Shown here: positions 54,110 to 64,000 of the stretch, piece after piece
How positions within the stretch are numbered: position 1 is the stretch's first letter
Layout: the number at the start of each line of letters is the position of its first letter
Assembly (NCBI GenBank): GCA_019704295.1
Contig: AP024596.1
Span: 1,952,001 to 2,016,000 of the forward strand
Direction: 5' to 3'
DNA from: Sulfolobales archaeon HS-7
Lineage (GTDB): Archaea; Thermoproteota; Thermoprotei_A; Sulfolobales; Sulfolobaceae
Length of the DNA stretch: 64,000 bases
The notes under the pieces: generated by a model
What the model saw: the letters and a program-made list of their open reading frames with translations, nothing else
Told to the model about the DNA's origin: nothing
Databases searched by the model: none
Made by a program: the position numbers and the translations under genes

Positions 54110-54721
54110 ATGGCAGAATCGAACAGGATAAAATATCTTAAAGGGACAACAACAGTAGGTTTAAAGGTTAAAAAGGCGGTAATATTAGCAGCTGATAGAA
54201 GGGCGAGTGCAGGGAATTACGTAGCACATAAGTACGTAAGAAAAGTAGTATATATTACGGACAAAATAGGTATGACGACAGCAGGAGGAGTTGCAGATAT
54301 ACAGTTTCTCTATGATTATATGAAAAACATCTATCATTTCAACCAGATCTCTGGCATGCCTATAACAGTACGATCAATAGCAACCTACTTGGCTAACGTT
54401 CTTTCATTTTCAAAATATTTTCCTTATCTAGTTCAATTACTTATTGGGGGCTATGACCAGGAGGGACCCCATCTTTTTAACTTAGACTATCTCGGCGATT
54501 TTACGGAAGAGAAGTACGTGGCCACCGGTTCTGGCTCGCCAGTAGCTATGGGCGTTCTTGAGGATAATTACTCAGAAGAGTTAGAACCTGAGCAAGCTAT
54601 ACATGTTGCAAGAAGGGCAATAACGTCAGCAATAAAACGTGATTCGTATACAGGTACATCGGTCATTGTTGCAAGATTTAATGAAAACGGACACGAAGAG
54701 TTCGAGTTCCCAGTTAAGTAA
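54110..54721 (+). CDS. psmB: Proteasome beta subunit
   Basis: Propeptide...KG|TTTVG, ADRRAS, ATGSGS. Confidence 0.95.
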   Translation: MAESNRIKYLKGTTTVGLKVKKAVILAADRRASAGNYVAHKYVRKVVYITDKIGMTTAGGVADIQFLYDYMKNIYHFNQISGMPITVRSIATYLANVLSFSKYFPYLVQLLIGGYDQEGPHLFNLDYLGDFTEEKYVATGSGSPVAMGVLEDNYSEELEPEQAIHVARRAITSAIKRDSYTGTSVIVARFNENGHEEFEFPVK

Positions 54722-54761
54722 GAGATAGCTATTTTTAACGTAATCAAACAAAGATATAAGC

Positions 54762-55211
54762 ATGAAAGTAGTACTGGACTCGTTTAAGGAAGGAGAGAGT
54801 ATACCTGTAAAATTTACTTGCGACGGTGAAAATCTATCTCCATCGATTAGATGGGAGACCATAAACGGAGCAAAAAGTTATGCTATTATAATGGAAGATC
54901 CTGATGCGCCAAGGAGGACGTTCGTACATTGGGTAATATATAATATAACTTCGAACAGTCTCCCAGAGGGAGTACCAAAAAGGGAAAAAACAGATTACGG
55001 ACTTCAGGGGGTTAACGACTTTAATGAGATAGGTTACGGTGGTCCATGTCCTCCTAGAACTCATCCTTATCATCGATATTACTTTAATGTATATGCGATC
55101 AATTCTATTTTCAATGAAAAAAGTGGTTTAACAGCGGAGGAGCTTAGGGAAATGATTATCAGTAAAATTATAGATTCTGGAAAATATATGGGAAAATATA
55201 AGAGGCTATAA
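54762..55211 (+). CDS. YbhB/YbcL (PEBP/RKIP-like) protein
   Basis: DPDAP, FVHW, YGGPCPP, HRY. Confidence 0.92.
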   Translation: MKVVLDSFKEGESIPVKFTCDGENLSPSIRWETINGAKSYAIIMEDPDAPRRTFVHWVIYNITSNSLPEGVPKREKTDYGLQGVNDFNEIGYGGPCPPRTHPYHRYYFNVYAINSIFNEKSGLTAEELREMIISKIIDSGKYMGKYKRL

Positions 55212-55213
55212 AA

Positions 55214-56188
55214 TTGGCCGAGGCACTCTGGGCCGAAAAGTACCGCCCTAGGACTCTTTCAGAAATAGTGAATCAGAAAGATATAGTAAATAGATTAATG
55301 AAATTCGTTGAAGAAAAAAACATGCCTCACCTGTTGTTCGCAGGTTCTCCCGGCACTGGCAAGACAACTGCTGCTCTAGCTTTAGTTAGAGATCTTTACG
55401 GTGATAATTACGAGCAGTTCTTTTTGGAATTAAACGCAAGTGATGAGAGAGGAATCGATGTAATTAGGAACAAGGTAAAGGAGTTCGCTAGAATCTCAGT
55501 ACAGGGTGACGTTAAGTTTAAGGTAATTTTACTTGATGAAGCAGATAATATGACTTCTGACGCACAACAGGCTTTAAGGCGAATTATGGAAGTATACACA
55601 TCTGCAACTAGATTTATATTAGCGTGTAATTATCTAAGTAAGATAATTGAGCCAATTCAGTCTAGGACAGCATTATTCAGATTTTATCCATTAAAAAAGG
55701 AGGACGTAATTACTAGACTTAAATATATTGCAGAGGAAGAAGGGGTTTCCTATGACGAGAAAGGTCTTGATACAATATATGAAGTGGTCTCGGGGGATAT
55801 GCGAAGGGCAATAAACCTTTTACAGGCTTCCTCCTCGTACGGAAAAGTTACCCAAGAATCCGTATTTAAAGTTCTTGGTATGACGAAACCAAAGGAAGTA
55901 CAAGATATGGTGAAATCGGCACTAAAAGGAGATTTCGCCAAGGCTAGGGAGTCGTTAAGAGTTTTATTAGTAAATGAAGGTCTTAGTGGCGAGGATATAA
56001 TAAAGCAGATGCACCGAATAATATTCTCAAATGATATGGATATGCCTGAAGAGCTAAGGGTTATAATTGCCGATTATCTCGGAGAGGCCGAGTTTAGACT
56101 AACTGAAGGCGCAGATGATGAGATTCAACTATCCGCGATCTTGGCACGAATTGTTCTTCTTGGGGAGAAATATATAGGGAATAAGTAA
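55214..56188 (+). CDS. rfcS: Replication factor C small subunit
   Basis: WAEKYRP, ELNASDERG, DEADNMT, QSR. Confidence 0.96.
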   Translation: MAEALWAEKYRPRTLSEIVNQKDIVNRLMKFVEEKNMPHLLFAGSPGTGKTTAALALVRDLYGDNYEQFFLELNASDERGIDVIRNKVKEFARISVQGDVKFKVILLDEADNMTSDAQQALRRIMEVYTSATRFILACNYLSKIIEPIQSRTALFRFYPLKKEDVITRLKYIAEEEGVSYDEKGLDTIYEVVSGDMRRAINLLQASSSYGKVTQESVFKVLGMTKPKEVQDMVKSALKGDFAKARESLRVLLVNEGLSGEDIIKQMHRIIFSNDMDMPEELRVIIADYLGEAEFRLTEGADDEIQLSAILARIVLLGEKYIGNK

Positions 56189-57348
56189 TGAGTTGGTTTA
56201 TAAAATACAGACCTAAGAGCTTAAGTGAAGTTGAAAATCAGGATCAAGTTAAGGAGGAACTTAAACGATGGATAGATTCATGGTTAAAAGGAAAACCGAC
56301 TAATAAGGCTGTTCTACTTTATGGGAGACCAGGAAGCGGAAAAACTACACTAGCCTATGCTATTGCAAGGGATAATAACTTCGAAATATTAGAAACTAAT
56401 GCGAGTGACACGAGGAATTTAGGTAATATAAGGAGAATAGTTGAGGTAGGAATGCAACAGAGCTCCCTCTTCGGAAAATCTAAACTGATTCTGCTTGATG
56501 AGGTTGATGGTATAAATAGAAAGAGTGACGAAGGGGCAATTCAAGGCATCTTAGATATTATTTCGGAAACGAAATACCCTATAATAATGACAGCTAACGA
56601 CCCATGGGATCCTAAGTTAAAAGAACTTAGAGAAAGCGCAAAATTAATTGAAGTTCCCAAGCTTGGAAAAATAGCAATGAGAAAAATATTGAAAAAAATC
56701 TGTGAGAAGGAAAAAATCAAATGTCATGACGACGCAATTAACATTATAGTAGATATAGCAGATGGAGATGCAAGATTTGCCATTAATTCTTTAGAATCTG
56801 TAGCGACGACCTATTCTGAAGTAGCTGTAAATCTAGTAGAAGGCATACTACGGCGAAAAGAGGCACAATACGATCCTTTTGAAACCCTTAGAAAAACTTT
56901 TTGGGCAAAGTACGGATGGCAGGCAAAAGACGCTGTAACAAATTCAGAAGTTGATTATGAACTTCTTATGCGTTGGTTTGATGAAAATATACCAATACAG
57001 TATGAGGATACTAAGAGTATGACACTTGCTTTTGAAAGCTTAAGTAGGGCGTCGATATTCTTAAGTAGGGCTAAAAAGGGTAATTGGGATCAATTATCTT
57101 ATCTGTTCGATATGATGGGTCCGGGAGTAAGTATGGCCGATAGAACTAAGGCATTACCTACATGGAAGGCAAAGTGGAAGACATTTAAGTTTCCATCTTA
57201 CATTCAGATGCTAGCCAGAAGTAAACAGATAAGAAGGGAAAAGCAGGAGTATGTGGAGGAAATCGCAAAAGCCTCTCATTGTTCTTATGATAAGGCGTTG
57301 TCTGAGATTTACCCTTTCATAGAAGTAATAGATAAAAAGAAGAAATAG
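56188..57348 (+). CDS. rfcL: Replication factor C large subunit
   Basis: WFIKYRP, GRPGSGKT, NASDTR, LDEVDG. Confidence 0.93.
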   Translation: MSWFIKYRPKSLSEVENQDQVKEELKRWIDSWLKGKPTNKAVLLYGRPGSGKTTLAYAIARDNNFEILETNASDTRNLGNIRRIVEVGMQQSSLFGKSKLILLDEVDGINRKSDEGAIQGILDIISETKYPIIMTANDPWDPKLKELRESAKLIEVPKLGKIAMRKILKKICEKEKIKCHDDAINIIVDIADGDARFAINSLESVATTYSEVAVNLVEGILRRKEAQYDPFETLRKTFWAKYGWQAKDAVTNSEVDYELLMRWFDENIPIQYEDTKSMTLAFESLSRASIFLSRAKKGNWDQLSYLFDMMGPGVSMADRTKALPTWKAKWKTFKFPSYIQMLARSKQIRREKQEYVEEIAKASHCSYDKALSEIYPFIEVIDKKKK

Positions 57349-57789
57349 CTAACCTTTTGTTTTACGTAAAACTTTAATCTCTTTAATACATGTGTTAGGA
57401 TATTGACCTTCTTCGTCCTTCTCATATTTTTTCACCATATCCCATATCGTAAGTAGCGCAGAGGCTGCTGCAACAAGGGCTTCCATTTCGACCCCAGTTT
57501 TATAGTTTGCCTTAACATGAGTTTTCACTACTATTTCATCACCATTGACTTCAATATCCACCTTAACGTTTTCCAATGGAATTTGATGACACATAGGAAT
57601 TATGTTGGCAGTCTGTTTTGCTGCAATTATTGCAGAGGTTTTAGCAACGGTTATAACATCACCCTTTTCTATTTGTCCCTTATTGATAAGATCTATTGTA
57701 GCTCGGTTAAGTTTGATTCTTCCCTCGGCTTCGGCTTCCCTAGTATTTACCTCTTTATTAGATATGTCTACCATGTTTACTTCGCTCAT
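57349..57789 (-). CDS. moaC: Cyclic pyranopterin monophosphate synthase MoaC
   Basis: MVDIS, IPMCH, TGVEMEAL, DMVK. Confidence 0.95.
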   Translation of the reverse strand: MSEVNMVDISNKEVNTREAEAEGRIKLNRATIDLINKGQIEKGDVITVAKTSAIIAAKQTANIIPMCHQIPLENVKVDIEVNGDEIVVKTHVKANYKTGVEMEALVAAASALLTIWDMVKKYEKDEEGQYPNTCIKEIKVLRKTKG

Positions 57790-58049
57790 ATCTCATCTAA
57801 TAAGTCGAGTAAGTTCTTAAGAATAATAATCTTTTCAGAAGTATAATTAACTCGTACTACTATAACTTTACCAAGGACGTCAATTTCTACATATCCCTTA
57901 TTGGAAAGCTCCTCAACTTCCTTTTTGACTATGCTATATCTTATTCCTGACAACTTGGCTAACTTGGTAATATTCATATCGCCATACTTAAACAAAATCG
58001 ATAATATTTGTATTTTACGTTGACTGTTAACAGTTTTTAGGATAATAAT
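57786..58049 (-). CDS. Small winged-helix regulator; start uncertain
   Basis: NSQRKIQILSILFKYGDMNITKLAKLSG; frame open upstream of the track start at 57995. Confidence 0.7.
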   Translation of the reverse strand: MIILKTVNSQRKIQILSILFKYGDMNITKLAKLSGIRYSIVKKEVEELSNKGYVEIDVLGKVIVVRVNYTSEKIIILKNLLDLLDEI

Positions 58050-59281
58050 CTCACCTTGATCTGATGATCTATCATTTCCTCGAACTCTACTGAGGAAGGT
58101 ACTTTGAGTGCTATAAGAGTAGTCCTTCCCCGCATACCCTTTCCGCTTTGAGATGTATCAATTACGCCCATAAGTTTAAGTCGTCGTATATTCTCATATA
58201 CCTGTGTATGCCTCCTGTTTTCTTCTCCTACTTCTTTGCATATCTCGGCATACTTATCCTCGACCGATCCCATAGTTAAGTAACCACTGCCACCCTCTTT
58301 ATAGAGGACAAGAATAGCTTTCAAGAGAAGTAGCTGATGAAGTTCGAGATTCTCCATATCTTCAAGAATATACGTCATATCTGGACTCACTCGCGCATTT
58401 GCTTCCTTAATATACTCTACCGTAACTACGTCACTTTGATTTTTATCCGCCATTTCACCAGCCGCCTCTAAAACCTCGATCGCTATTCTGGCGTTTCCAC
58501 TTCCACCCTTATCTATCCCATGATAGTCGCTCACAAATCTCACTCCCTCATCTAGTACAGTTCCAGGGTAGAAGGCATCCTTAATCCTCTCGCTAAGTAT
58601 GTCTAGTAACTGGTATGATGTGTACGGCTTAAATTCTATACTAGTTCTTACTATGTGGGAATATACGGATTTGTCAAGTAGGTTAAGACTATTTTTATCT
58701 CTAATAATGAAGATATAATTTATTCTCTTCTTGACTACGTTAAGTTCGTCATAGATTCTCGCGAGAAAGTATATTTCTTCCTGAGACGCCGTATTTATAA
58801 AGTAGTCAAATTCGTCAAGACCTATAACAGCATACACGTCTCTTTTATCAAAAAACGAATGAATAGAGTGAAGAAGTTCTTGCGATGAGAAACCCCTGCT
58901 TGGAAGTGGCAGATGTAATTGGTTCGCCATCTCATTAACTAAGAGATATAACGTTCTATATTTATGACAATTAAGGTGTAAATATTCAACTCTTATTCCC
59001 TTTTCTCTTGCTAACTCCTTAAAATCTTTTCCAAAGGCACGTGAGGTTGCAGTTTTACCAACGCCCCCAGGTCCAACTATAACTGTTCTTATTGACGCCT
59101 CTCCAGGAGAAGTTATTAAGGATCTGAAGGATACGCCAAGCTCTCTTATTTTTTCCTCTCTATGAGGAAGGGATTGCGGTATAAACTCTGGTGAAAGGAC
59201 GCCCCTATTTTTAAATACAGATTTTCCGCCTATCACAGAATTCAAAAGATCCCTTGAATTCACTTTCACTCTAAGTATCAT
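58037..59281 (-). CDS. cdc6: Orc1/Cdc6 replication initiator (Orc1-2-type by context)
   Basis: LPHREE, GPGGVGKT, LDEFD, GNARIA, C-terminal wH with GMRGRT. Confidence 0.94.
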   Translation of the reverse strand: MILRVKVNSRDLLNSVIGGKSVFKNRGVLSPEFIPQSLPHREEKIRELGVSFRSLITSPGEASIRTVIVGPGGVGKTATSRAFGKDFKELAREKGIRVEYLHLNCHKYRTLYLLVNEMANQLHLPLPSRGFSSQELLHSIHSFFDKRDVYAVIGLDEFDYFINTASQEEIYFLARIYDELNVVKKRINYIFIIRDKNSLNLLDKSVYSHIVRTSIEFKPYTSYQLLDILSERIKDAFYPGTVLDEGVRFVSDYHGIDKGGSGNARIAIEVLEAAGEMADKNQSDVVTVEYIKEANARVSPDMTYILEDMENLELHQLLLLKAILVLYKEGGSGYLTMGSVEDKYAEICKEVGEENRRHTQVYENIRRLKLMGVIDTSQSGKGMRGRTTLIALKVPSSVEFEEMIDHQIKVRLLS

Positions 59282-59293
59282 AGTGAATAAAAA

Positions 59294-59800
59294 CTATATA
59301 TGTGGTTTGGTAGGGTAGGCCGAAACTTTTTCTCTATCCCTAGGAAGAAGTGATAATACGGCGTAATTATTTACGAGATTAATATGAAGTATAGCATCTG
59401 GATCTTTAAACTCTACAGTAACTTTTCCCTGCATTCTAATTCCAATCGAAATCTCTATCTCTCTACAGTTATACGGCGAACCCCTATTTTGGCAGTTCAC
59501 AAAAAAAGATCTTATTCGTTTTGAAAGAATAATTGATTCCGCAATATCGACTATCTGTTCTTTGTTTAAGTCACATACCACGTGAGCAGGGAATACTTTT
59601 ATTATGTAAGTTGGAGGATATGTTAAGAGTAATGAGAAAACTGCGTTACTTTCTAACTTAGAGAATACTGCGACTACATTTTTTTTGATTTCGAATGCGG
59701 TTGCAGAAGGGTCCCTAATTTTCAGTAAATTCTCAACATCTTCTGCACATCTGCTTCCTCTATTATTTTTTGTAGTCAAAATGGCTCTAAGGGATTCCAC
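59294..59800 (-). CDS. THUMP-domain RNA-binding protein
   Basis: SFFVNCQNRG...EIEISIG...VEFKDPD. Confidence 0.78.
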   Translation of the reverse strand: MESLRAILTTKNNRGSRCAEDVENLLKIRDPSATAFEIKKNVVAVFSKLESNAVFSLLLTYPPTYIIKVFPAHVVCDLNKEQIVDIAESIILSKRIRSFFVNCQNRGSPYNCREIEISIGIRMQGKVTVEFKDPDAILHINLVNNYAVLSLLPRDREKVSAYPTKPHI

Positions 59801-59834
59801 GTTTTTAACTATTTACTTCTAAGATAATAATAAT

Positions 59835-60323
59835 GTGGTGCCAAGGAAGGTTTATGAATCAATTTCAAGGATAAAGAGAGTTAAAGTTAAGGCTATAGCT
59901 GAAGCAAGAATAGGTAATATTATAAAGTTTAACAAAGATGACGAAATAGAACTGCCTTTTTGGATGGCTGAGGAACTTGAGAGGAATGGACTTGTAAAAA
60001 TAAAGGATATAGATATAGATGAACTAGGAAAAATATTATTTCAGGAAAGACAATCAATGAATAGGCCAGCTGAACTTTACCCATTACCGAAAAATTTTTA
60101 CCTTGAGATACATAAAATGATTGATAATAGAGTAAATAGCGCAGATAAAGATAAAAAAAAGCTTGACATAATGAAACAAATAGTAGATATACGGAAACGA
60201 AAACTAACGCAACTCGCCTCACTAAACCCGCTAGATCAAAGGATAATTAACAATATAACAGAAGAAGAGTACTATGTAGTAACAAGATTGTCAGAAATTC
60301 TACAATTAATGTGGTTGCCATGA
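59835..60323 (+). CDS. gins23: GINS complex subunit Gins23
   Basis: ELPFWMAEEL, LPKNFY, IRKRKL; directly upstream of mcm. Confidence 0.9.
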   Translation: MVPRKVYESISRIKRVKVKAIAEARIGNIIKFNKDDEIELPFWMAEELERNGLVKIKDIDIDELGKILFQERQSMNRPAELYPLPKNFYLEIHKMIDNRVNSADKDKKKLDIMKQIVDIRKRKLTQLASLNPLDQRIINNITEEEYYVVTRLSEILQLMWLP

Positions 60324-62365
60324 TTTCGCTTGACATAGGGAGTTTATTCCTCTCGTTTATAAATGATTTCAACGATGAAAAGGGACGGAATAAGTACAAT
60401 GATTACGTTGAGGAAATGCTCATTCTTAGGAAGAAAAGTTTCTATTTAGATTTTAAGGATGTGATAACATTCAGTATAGATTTGGCTGATGAAATAATTA
60501 AGGAACCCTTAAAGGTATTACCAATAATGGAAAACTCGCTTTATAATCTGTTAAGAGAGAAAGATCCAGACTACGAGAAGGAAATCAAAAGAGTTCACAT
60601 AAGGGTCATAAACCTACCAAGGTCATACAGCTTAAGGGAAATAAGAAGTGAATTAGTCGGAAAATTAATCACCATTGAGGGAATACTCGTTAAATCTACG
60701 CCGTTAAAAGAGCGTGTAGTAAAGGCGTGGTTTAAACATGAAGAGTGCGGTGCTGAATTCTCGTATCCTGAATCAGAAGAAATGGGGGAAATAATAGAAA
60801 TACCGCAACAGTGTCCACGATGTAGAAAAGGGGGAAGAATGAAACTAATTGAGGAAAAGACTATATTGGTTGACTGGCAAAAGGCTATTTTGCAGGAAAG
60901 ACCTGAAGAGATTCCAGCAGGTCAATTGCCTAGACAACTTGAAATAATATTCGAAGATGATCTTATTGATACAACAAGGCCAGGAGATAGAGTGAAAATT
61001 GTAGGAGTATTACAGGTGAGATATGACAACCTTTTCAGAAGAGGTACACGAAGCGTTTTTGATCTATACCTTACGGTGAACTCGATTGAGGTCTCGCAGA
61101 AGGTTTTAGATGAGGTTACTCTTTCGGAGGAAGACGAAAGAGAAATCCTTAGAATAGGTAGAGATCCGTGGATTCACGAAAGAATAATTACTTCTATTGC
61201 GCCTTCAATTTTCGGTCATTATGAAATAAAAGAGGCAATAGCATTAGCCCTATTTGGTGGCGAACCTAAAAAGTTACCAGATGACACAAGAATTAGAGGA
61301 GATATTCATATACTAATTATTGGGGATCCTGGTACTGCTAAATCGCAAATGCTTCAATTCGCTTCACGAATAGCACCTAGATCTGTTTATACTACTGGTA
61401 AAGGCTCTACTGCAGCCGGTTTAACAGCAGCTGTAGTAAGGGAGAAAAATTCGGGAGATTTTTACCTAGAGGCGGGAGCTATGGTATTAGCAGACGGGGG
61501 GGTAGCAGTAATAGACGAAATAGATAAAATGAGGGAGGAGGATAGAGTTGCAATTCATGAAGCGATGGAACAACAGACTGTATCCATAGCTAAGGCAGGA
61601 ATAGTAGCTAAATTAAATGCAAGGGCTTCAGTTATAGCTGCAGGAAATCCAAAATTCGGGCGATATATAAAAGAAAGGGGAATTGCAGATAACATCAATT
61701 TACCAATAACTATTCTTTCGCGATTTGATCTAATATTTATTTTGAAAGATACACCAGGTCCAGAAGATGCGAGACTTGCATCACATATTTTAGACATACA
61801 CTCTGAAACGAAGGTTCCTGGAACTATACCTCCAGAATTTCTTAAGAAATATATAGCCTATGCAAAGAAGAATGTCCATCCAAAGCTTACCGCGGAATCT
61901 ATTAGGATCTTAAGGGATTTCTTCGTCGAAATGAGGGATAAAGGAGGAAAAAGTCAGGACTCTCCAATAGCAATAACTGCAAGACAACTTGAGGCACTGA
62001 TTAGAATATCTGAGGCTTATGCAAGAATGTCATTAAGAAATCAAATAACTGAGGATGACGTAGAAAGAGCTATAAATATCTTTAGGATATTTCTGGAAAA
62101 CGTTGGAGTGGACTTTGAATCGAGAAAAATAGATATAGATGTTATAATGACAGGAAGACCGAAATCTACCGTCGATAAAATGGTAAAAATCTTGGAAGTT
62201 ATCGAGGGGTTATCTGGACAAGAGGGATGCGCAAAGATTAAAGACATAGAGGAAGAGGCAAAAAATTTTGGGATAGACAAGAATTCGACGAATAGAGTTA
62301 TTTCAGAACTGAAAAAAAGTGGGGAAATATTCGAAAAAAGTAGCGACTGCTTTAGGAAAGCCTAA
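60311..62365 (+). CDS. mcm: Replicative helicase MCM
   Basis: GDPGTAKSQ, IDEIDKM, SRFD, ITARQLE; no intein. Confidence 0.97.
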   Translation: MVAMISLDIGSLFLSFINDFNDEKGRNKYNDYVEEMLILRKKSFYLDFKDVITFSIDLADEIIKEPLKVLPIMENSLYNLLREKDPDYEKEIKRVHIRVINLPRSYSLREIRSELVGKLITIEGILVKSTPLKERVVKAWFKHEECGAEFSYPESEEMGEIIEIPQQCPRCRKGGRMKLIEEKTILVDWQKAILQERPEEIPAGQLPRQLEIIFEDDLIDTTRPGDRVKIVGVLQVRYDNLFRRGTRSVFDLYLTVNSIEVSQKVLDEVTLSEEDEREILRIGRDPWIHERIITSIAPSIFGHYEIKEAIALALFGGEPKKLPDDTRIRGDIHILIIGDPGTAKSQMLQFASRIAPRSVYTTGKGSTAAGLTAAVVREKNSGDFYLEAGAMVLADGGVAVIDEIDKMREEDRVAIHEAMEQQTVSIAKAGIVAKLNARASVIAAGNPKFGRYIKERGIADNINLPITILSRFDLIFILKDTPGPEDARLASHILDIHSETKVPGTIPPEFLKKYIAYAKKNVHPKLTAESIRILRDFFVEMRDKGGKSQDSPIAITARQLEALIRISEAYARMSLRNQITEDDVERAINIFRIFLENVGVDFESRKIDIDVIMTGRPKSTVDKMVKILEVIEGLSGQEGCAKIKDIEEEAKNFGIDKNSTNRVISELKKSGEIFEKSSDCFRKA

Positions 62366-62505
62366 TCGAAATTTTATTCAATTTGCATTACACATAAGAG
62401 AGCAATGCTCACGGTTACTCACTACCACTGAGTTATTTATACTACTATGAGAGATTAATACTATATAGAAGATCATAGAGATTTATGAGATAATATGTAC
62501 CAAAT

Positions 62506-62668
62506 GGGCCGTTCATGCTTTTATTGCGAATTTAGTTTATTTAGCAAAATCAACTGAATTTAATTGAATACCATCGTATGGACTAGGTAGGGATTTATAC
62601 TTAGCAGTTTCCTGTATTTAATCTATCTTTGCTATAATTTCAATTCACAATGGAAACCTGAATCACCC
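62506..62668 (+). mobile_element. MITE-like family A copy
   Basis: GGGCCGTTCA...TGAATCACCC; degenerate 8-bp TSD TACCAAAT/CACCGAAT. Confidence 0.8.
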
Positions 62669-62778
62669 CACCGAATTTAGTTTAAATTCTATCATGATTA
62701 TAAGAATTTTATACAGTTAATAGACCAAATACACGACTAGCTTAATTATCCCAATATAGATGAAAACAAGGGCTAACC

Positions 62779-63315
62779 ATTAAATTATATTGTCTCTCAG
62801 GGATGCCTGGATCAGGAAAGACTCTAGTTGCTAAAACATTCAGAGCTGAAGGATTCTACGTAATATCTATGGGAGACATACTTAGACAAGATTTCGAAAA
62901 GAATAAAATGCCTAATGAATCACTGATGGAATATGCAATAAGGATACGGAAAGAAAAAGGCGACGAAATAATAGCTAAACTCACTTCTATCGAAATTGAA
63001 AAGGTAAATCAAATGAAGGTCCTTATTGACGGGGTGAGAAGTATGAAAGAAGTTAATGTATTTCAACAAGCCGGTTCGGTTGAAATTATCGCGGTGCATT
63101 CTCCTCCACGTTTAAGATACCAAAGAATTCTACAAAGAGCAAGAGAGGATGATACTCTTTCCGAAATATGGCTAAGAGAAAGGGATCTAGCTGAGCTTTC
63201 TCTAGGAATAGGGGAAGTTATTGCACTAGCGGACTACATGATACTAAATGATAGTGACATGGAAACTTTAAAACAAAATGTGCTTAGACTCGTTATGGCG
63301 TTAAAAAGTGACTAA
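62779..63315 (+). CDS. UPF0200 nucleotide-kinase-like (dephospho-CoA kinase-related) P-loop protein
   Basis: IKLYCLSGMPGSGKT, IDGVRS, RD..EL.LGIGEVIALAD; beta-1 strand lies upstream of ATG 62803. Confidence 0.85.
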   Translation: MKLYCLSGMPGSGKTLVAKTFRAEGFYVISMGDILRQDFEKNKMPNESLMEYAIRIRKEKGDEIIAKLTSIEIEKVNQMKVLIDGVRSMKEVNVFQQAGSVEIIAVHSPPRLRYQRILQRAREDDTLSEIWLRERDLAELSLGIGEVIALADYMILNDSDMETLKQNVLRLVMALKSD

Positions 63316-63742
63316 TGTTACAGCGAGAACTGAAATAAGGCCTTCCGAGATGGAAGAGAAGGTAATTTTAGCAATTAATAACGTATTTATTTATAAAAGT
63401 ATTAAGAAAACGAAAGATGAATTAGGATACATAATAGATGCGAAATCAGATAGTTTAGCTTCATTGACTAAAATACACAAAATGCTTAGAGAACAAAGAA
63501 TCCTCGATTCAGCCAGAAAGCATCTTTTTAGGGGAGTTGGTGAAGGAAAGCTAAAATTTATGATAAATAAACAAGCAGCATATAAGGGTATCTTAGTTTT
63601 CGCGGACGATCCAAATGAATCCCCTTTAGGTCCTATTACATTTATTGTTGAATACGTCGAACCTAAGAGTGTTATTGATTGGTTAGCACCGAAGACCTCG
63701 AACGGTAAACCGTTATGGGATAGACCTATTCCAGAATCTTGA
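63308..63742 (+). CDS. UPF0201 putative RNA-binding protein
   Basis: PSE..EKV, QRILDSAR, NKQAA, PLGPI, DWLAP. Confidence 0.88.
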   Translation: MTNVTARTEIRPSEMEEKVILAINNVFIYKSIKKTKDELGYIIDAKSDSLASLTKIHKMLREQRILDSARKHLFRGVGEGKLKFMINKQAAYKGILVFADDPNESPLGPITFIVEYVEPKSVIDWLAPKTSNGKPLWDRPIPES

Positions 63743-63776
63743 TAACAAGCTAAGGTTTTCTAATAGCCTATAATTT

Positions 63777-63940
63777 GGGGCAGTTCATGGGTTCTTTGCA
63801 AATTCAGTTTAGTTAGAAAAATAGAATGAATTTAATTGAACGAACCTAGTTGACTAGGTAGACACCCACGGTCTATAGCTTCCTTTATTTGACCTATCTT
63901 AGCCATAATTACAATTCGCAATTGACACACGAATCGTCCC
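63777..63940 (+). mobile_element. MITE-like family A copy (164 bp)
   Basis: Perfect 8-bp TSD TATAATTT (63769-76, 63941-48). Confidence 0.85.
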
Positions 63941-64000
63941 TATAATTTGACATTCTGTTCTTCAATACTATTTAATATATATCTTGATATATAGAAAATT

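Noticed and set aside
59281-59835. Replication origin beside cdc6
   Set aside because: No intergenic space or ORB-like repeats; cdc6 is embedded in an operon.
60311-62365. Inteins in MCM, RFC or Cdc6
   Set aside because: Protein lengths are normal and the motifs are contiguous.

Overview
Chromosomal window of a Sulfolobales-type crenarchaeon (cdvABC, TFEbeta, GINS23, intron-containing tRNAs). Most of it is conserved core: argS; the mevalonate cluster (HMG-CoA synthase, thiolase-like, DUF35, HMG-CoA reductase) with glyA; gap/pgk; gatCA-taw1-ribK; tfe-beta/tfb/gar1; cdvABC; enolase; glycine cleavage P/T/H; sufCBD; an XPB helicase; thermosome alpha; nnr; truD/pth2/ef1b; a proteasome beta subunit; rfcSL; moaC; cdc6; gins23-mcm. 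There are three tRNAs (Thr-TGT, Met-CAT with intron, Glu-TTC with intron). Intergenic DNA carries at least four families of short non-autonomous repeats (MITE-like). One ~1.4-kb ISH3-type IS with a 9-bp TSD and a frameshifted transposase sits inside a nested stack of elements behind tRNA-Glu. The best candidate for an undescribed system is the AT-rich, tightly coupled minus-strand operon at the left edge (1-2090): a small leader ORF, a Zn-ribbon protein, a Panacea/SocA-like wHTH protein and a degenerate TGT-like protein that runs off the window and is missing from the ORF track. Other oddities: the mevalonate-cluster thiolase lacks its canonical catalytic Cys and His, three core genes have no in-frame canonical start, there is an unannotated RHH mini-gene before XPB, and there is an H/ACA-like hairpin. 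All calls are by eye and motif recall; no searches were run.
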